Part shown: positions 63,968 through 64,000 of the stretch, in pieces
Layout of the letters: every line of letters begins with the position of its first letter
Numbering within the stretch: the stretch's first letter is position 1
Sequence record: NC_061421.1
Length of the DNA: 64,000 nucleotides
Reading direction: 5' to 3' (one strand)
Notes under the pieces: generated by a model
Database searches by the model: none
What the model saw: only the letters and a program-made list of their open reading frames with translations
What the model was told of the DNA's origin: nothing
Translations under genes and position numbers: made by a program

Positions 63968-64000
63968 CTCAATAAACGCTTCGACGTGCTGCGGATTAAT

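Noticed and set aside
1-64000. Prophage, integrase or bacterial chromosomal context
   Set aside because: No integrase, repressor, att site or bacterial housekeeping genes; content is entirely lytic jumbo-phage.

Overview
This window is a segment of a lytic, nucleus-forming jumbo phage genome (phiKZ-like, Chimalliviridae), probably infecting an enterobacterium; the host is inferred only from codon style and the SSB-like and NrdA-like tails. About 90 tightly packed CDSs lie mostly on the minus strand. Reading the minus strand from 25 kb toward base 1: PhuZ tubulin, an array of about 10 small acidic paralogs, the family-B DNA polymerase catalytic subunit, chimallin, non-virion RNA polymerase (nvRNAP) beta' N-part with the DFDGD active site, an SbcD/Mre11 nuclease, a ChmC-like protein, gp68-like and PicA-like proteins, nvRNAP beta C-part, and the start of beta' C-part. 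The 37-48.5 kb block holds the large terminase, three baseplate/virion genes, tail sheath, tail tube and a modular endolysin. The 26-37 kb and 48.5-64 kb accessory regions hold nucleotide-acting enzymes (CYTH, HAD, DHH, SpoT-type HD), many membrane and exported proteins, and small paralog pairs. A TATATCAC early-promoter motif, TATG late-promoter motifs and many intrinsic terminators are visible. I saw no tRNA, rRNA, CRISPR array, integrase, intron or intein. The main novelty candidates are: (1) a stand-alone 60-aa protein ending in a near-copy of the redox-active C-terminal tail of ribonucleotide reductase NrdA; (2) a three-gene exported module resembling a miniature chaperone/pore/pilin system; (3) two unrelated plus-strand genes framed by near-identical promoter and terminator sequences; (4) a multi-hairpin small-RNA candidate; (5) an SSB-mimicking tail on the ChmC-like protein. 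All family assignments come from motifs and synteny recalled from memory; no database search was run.
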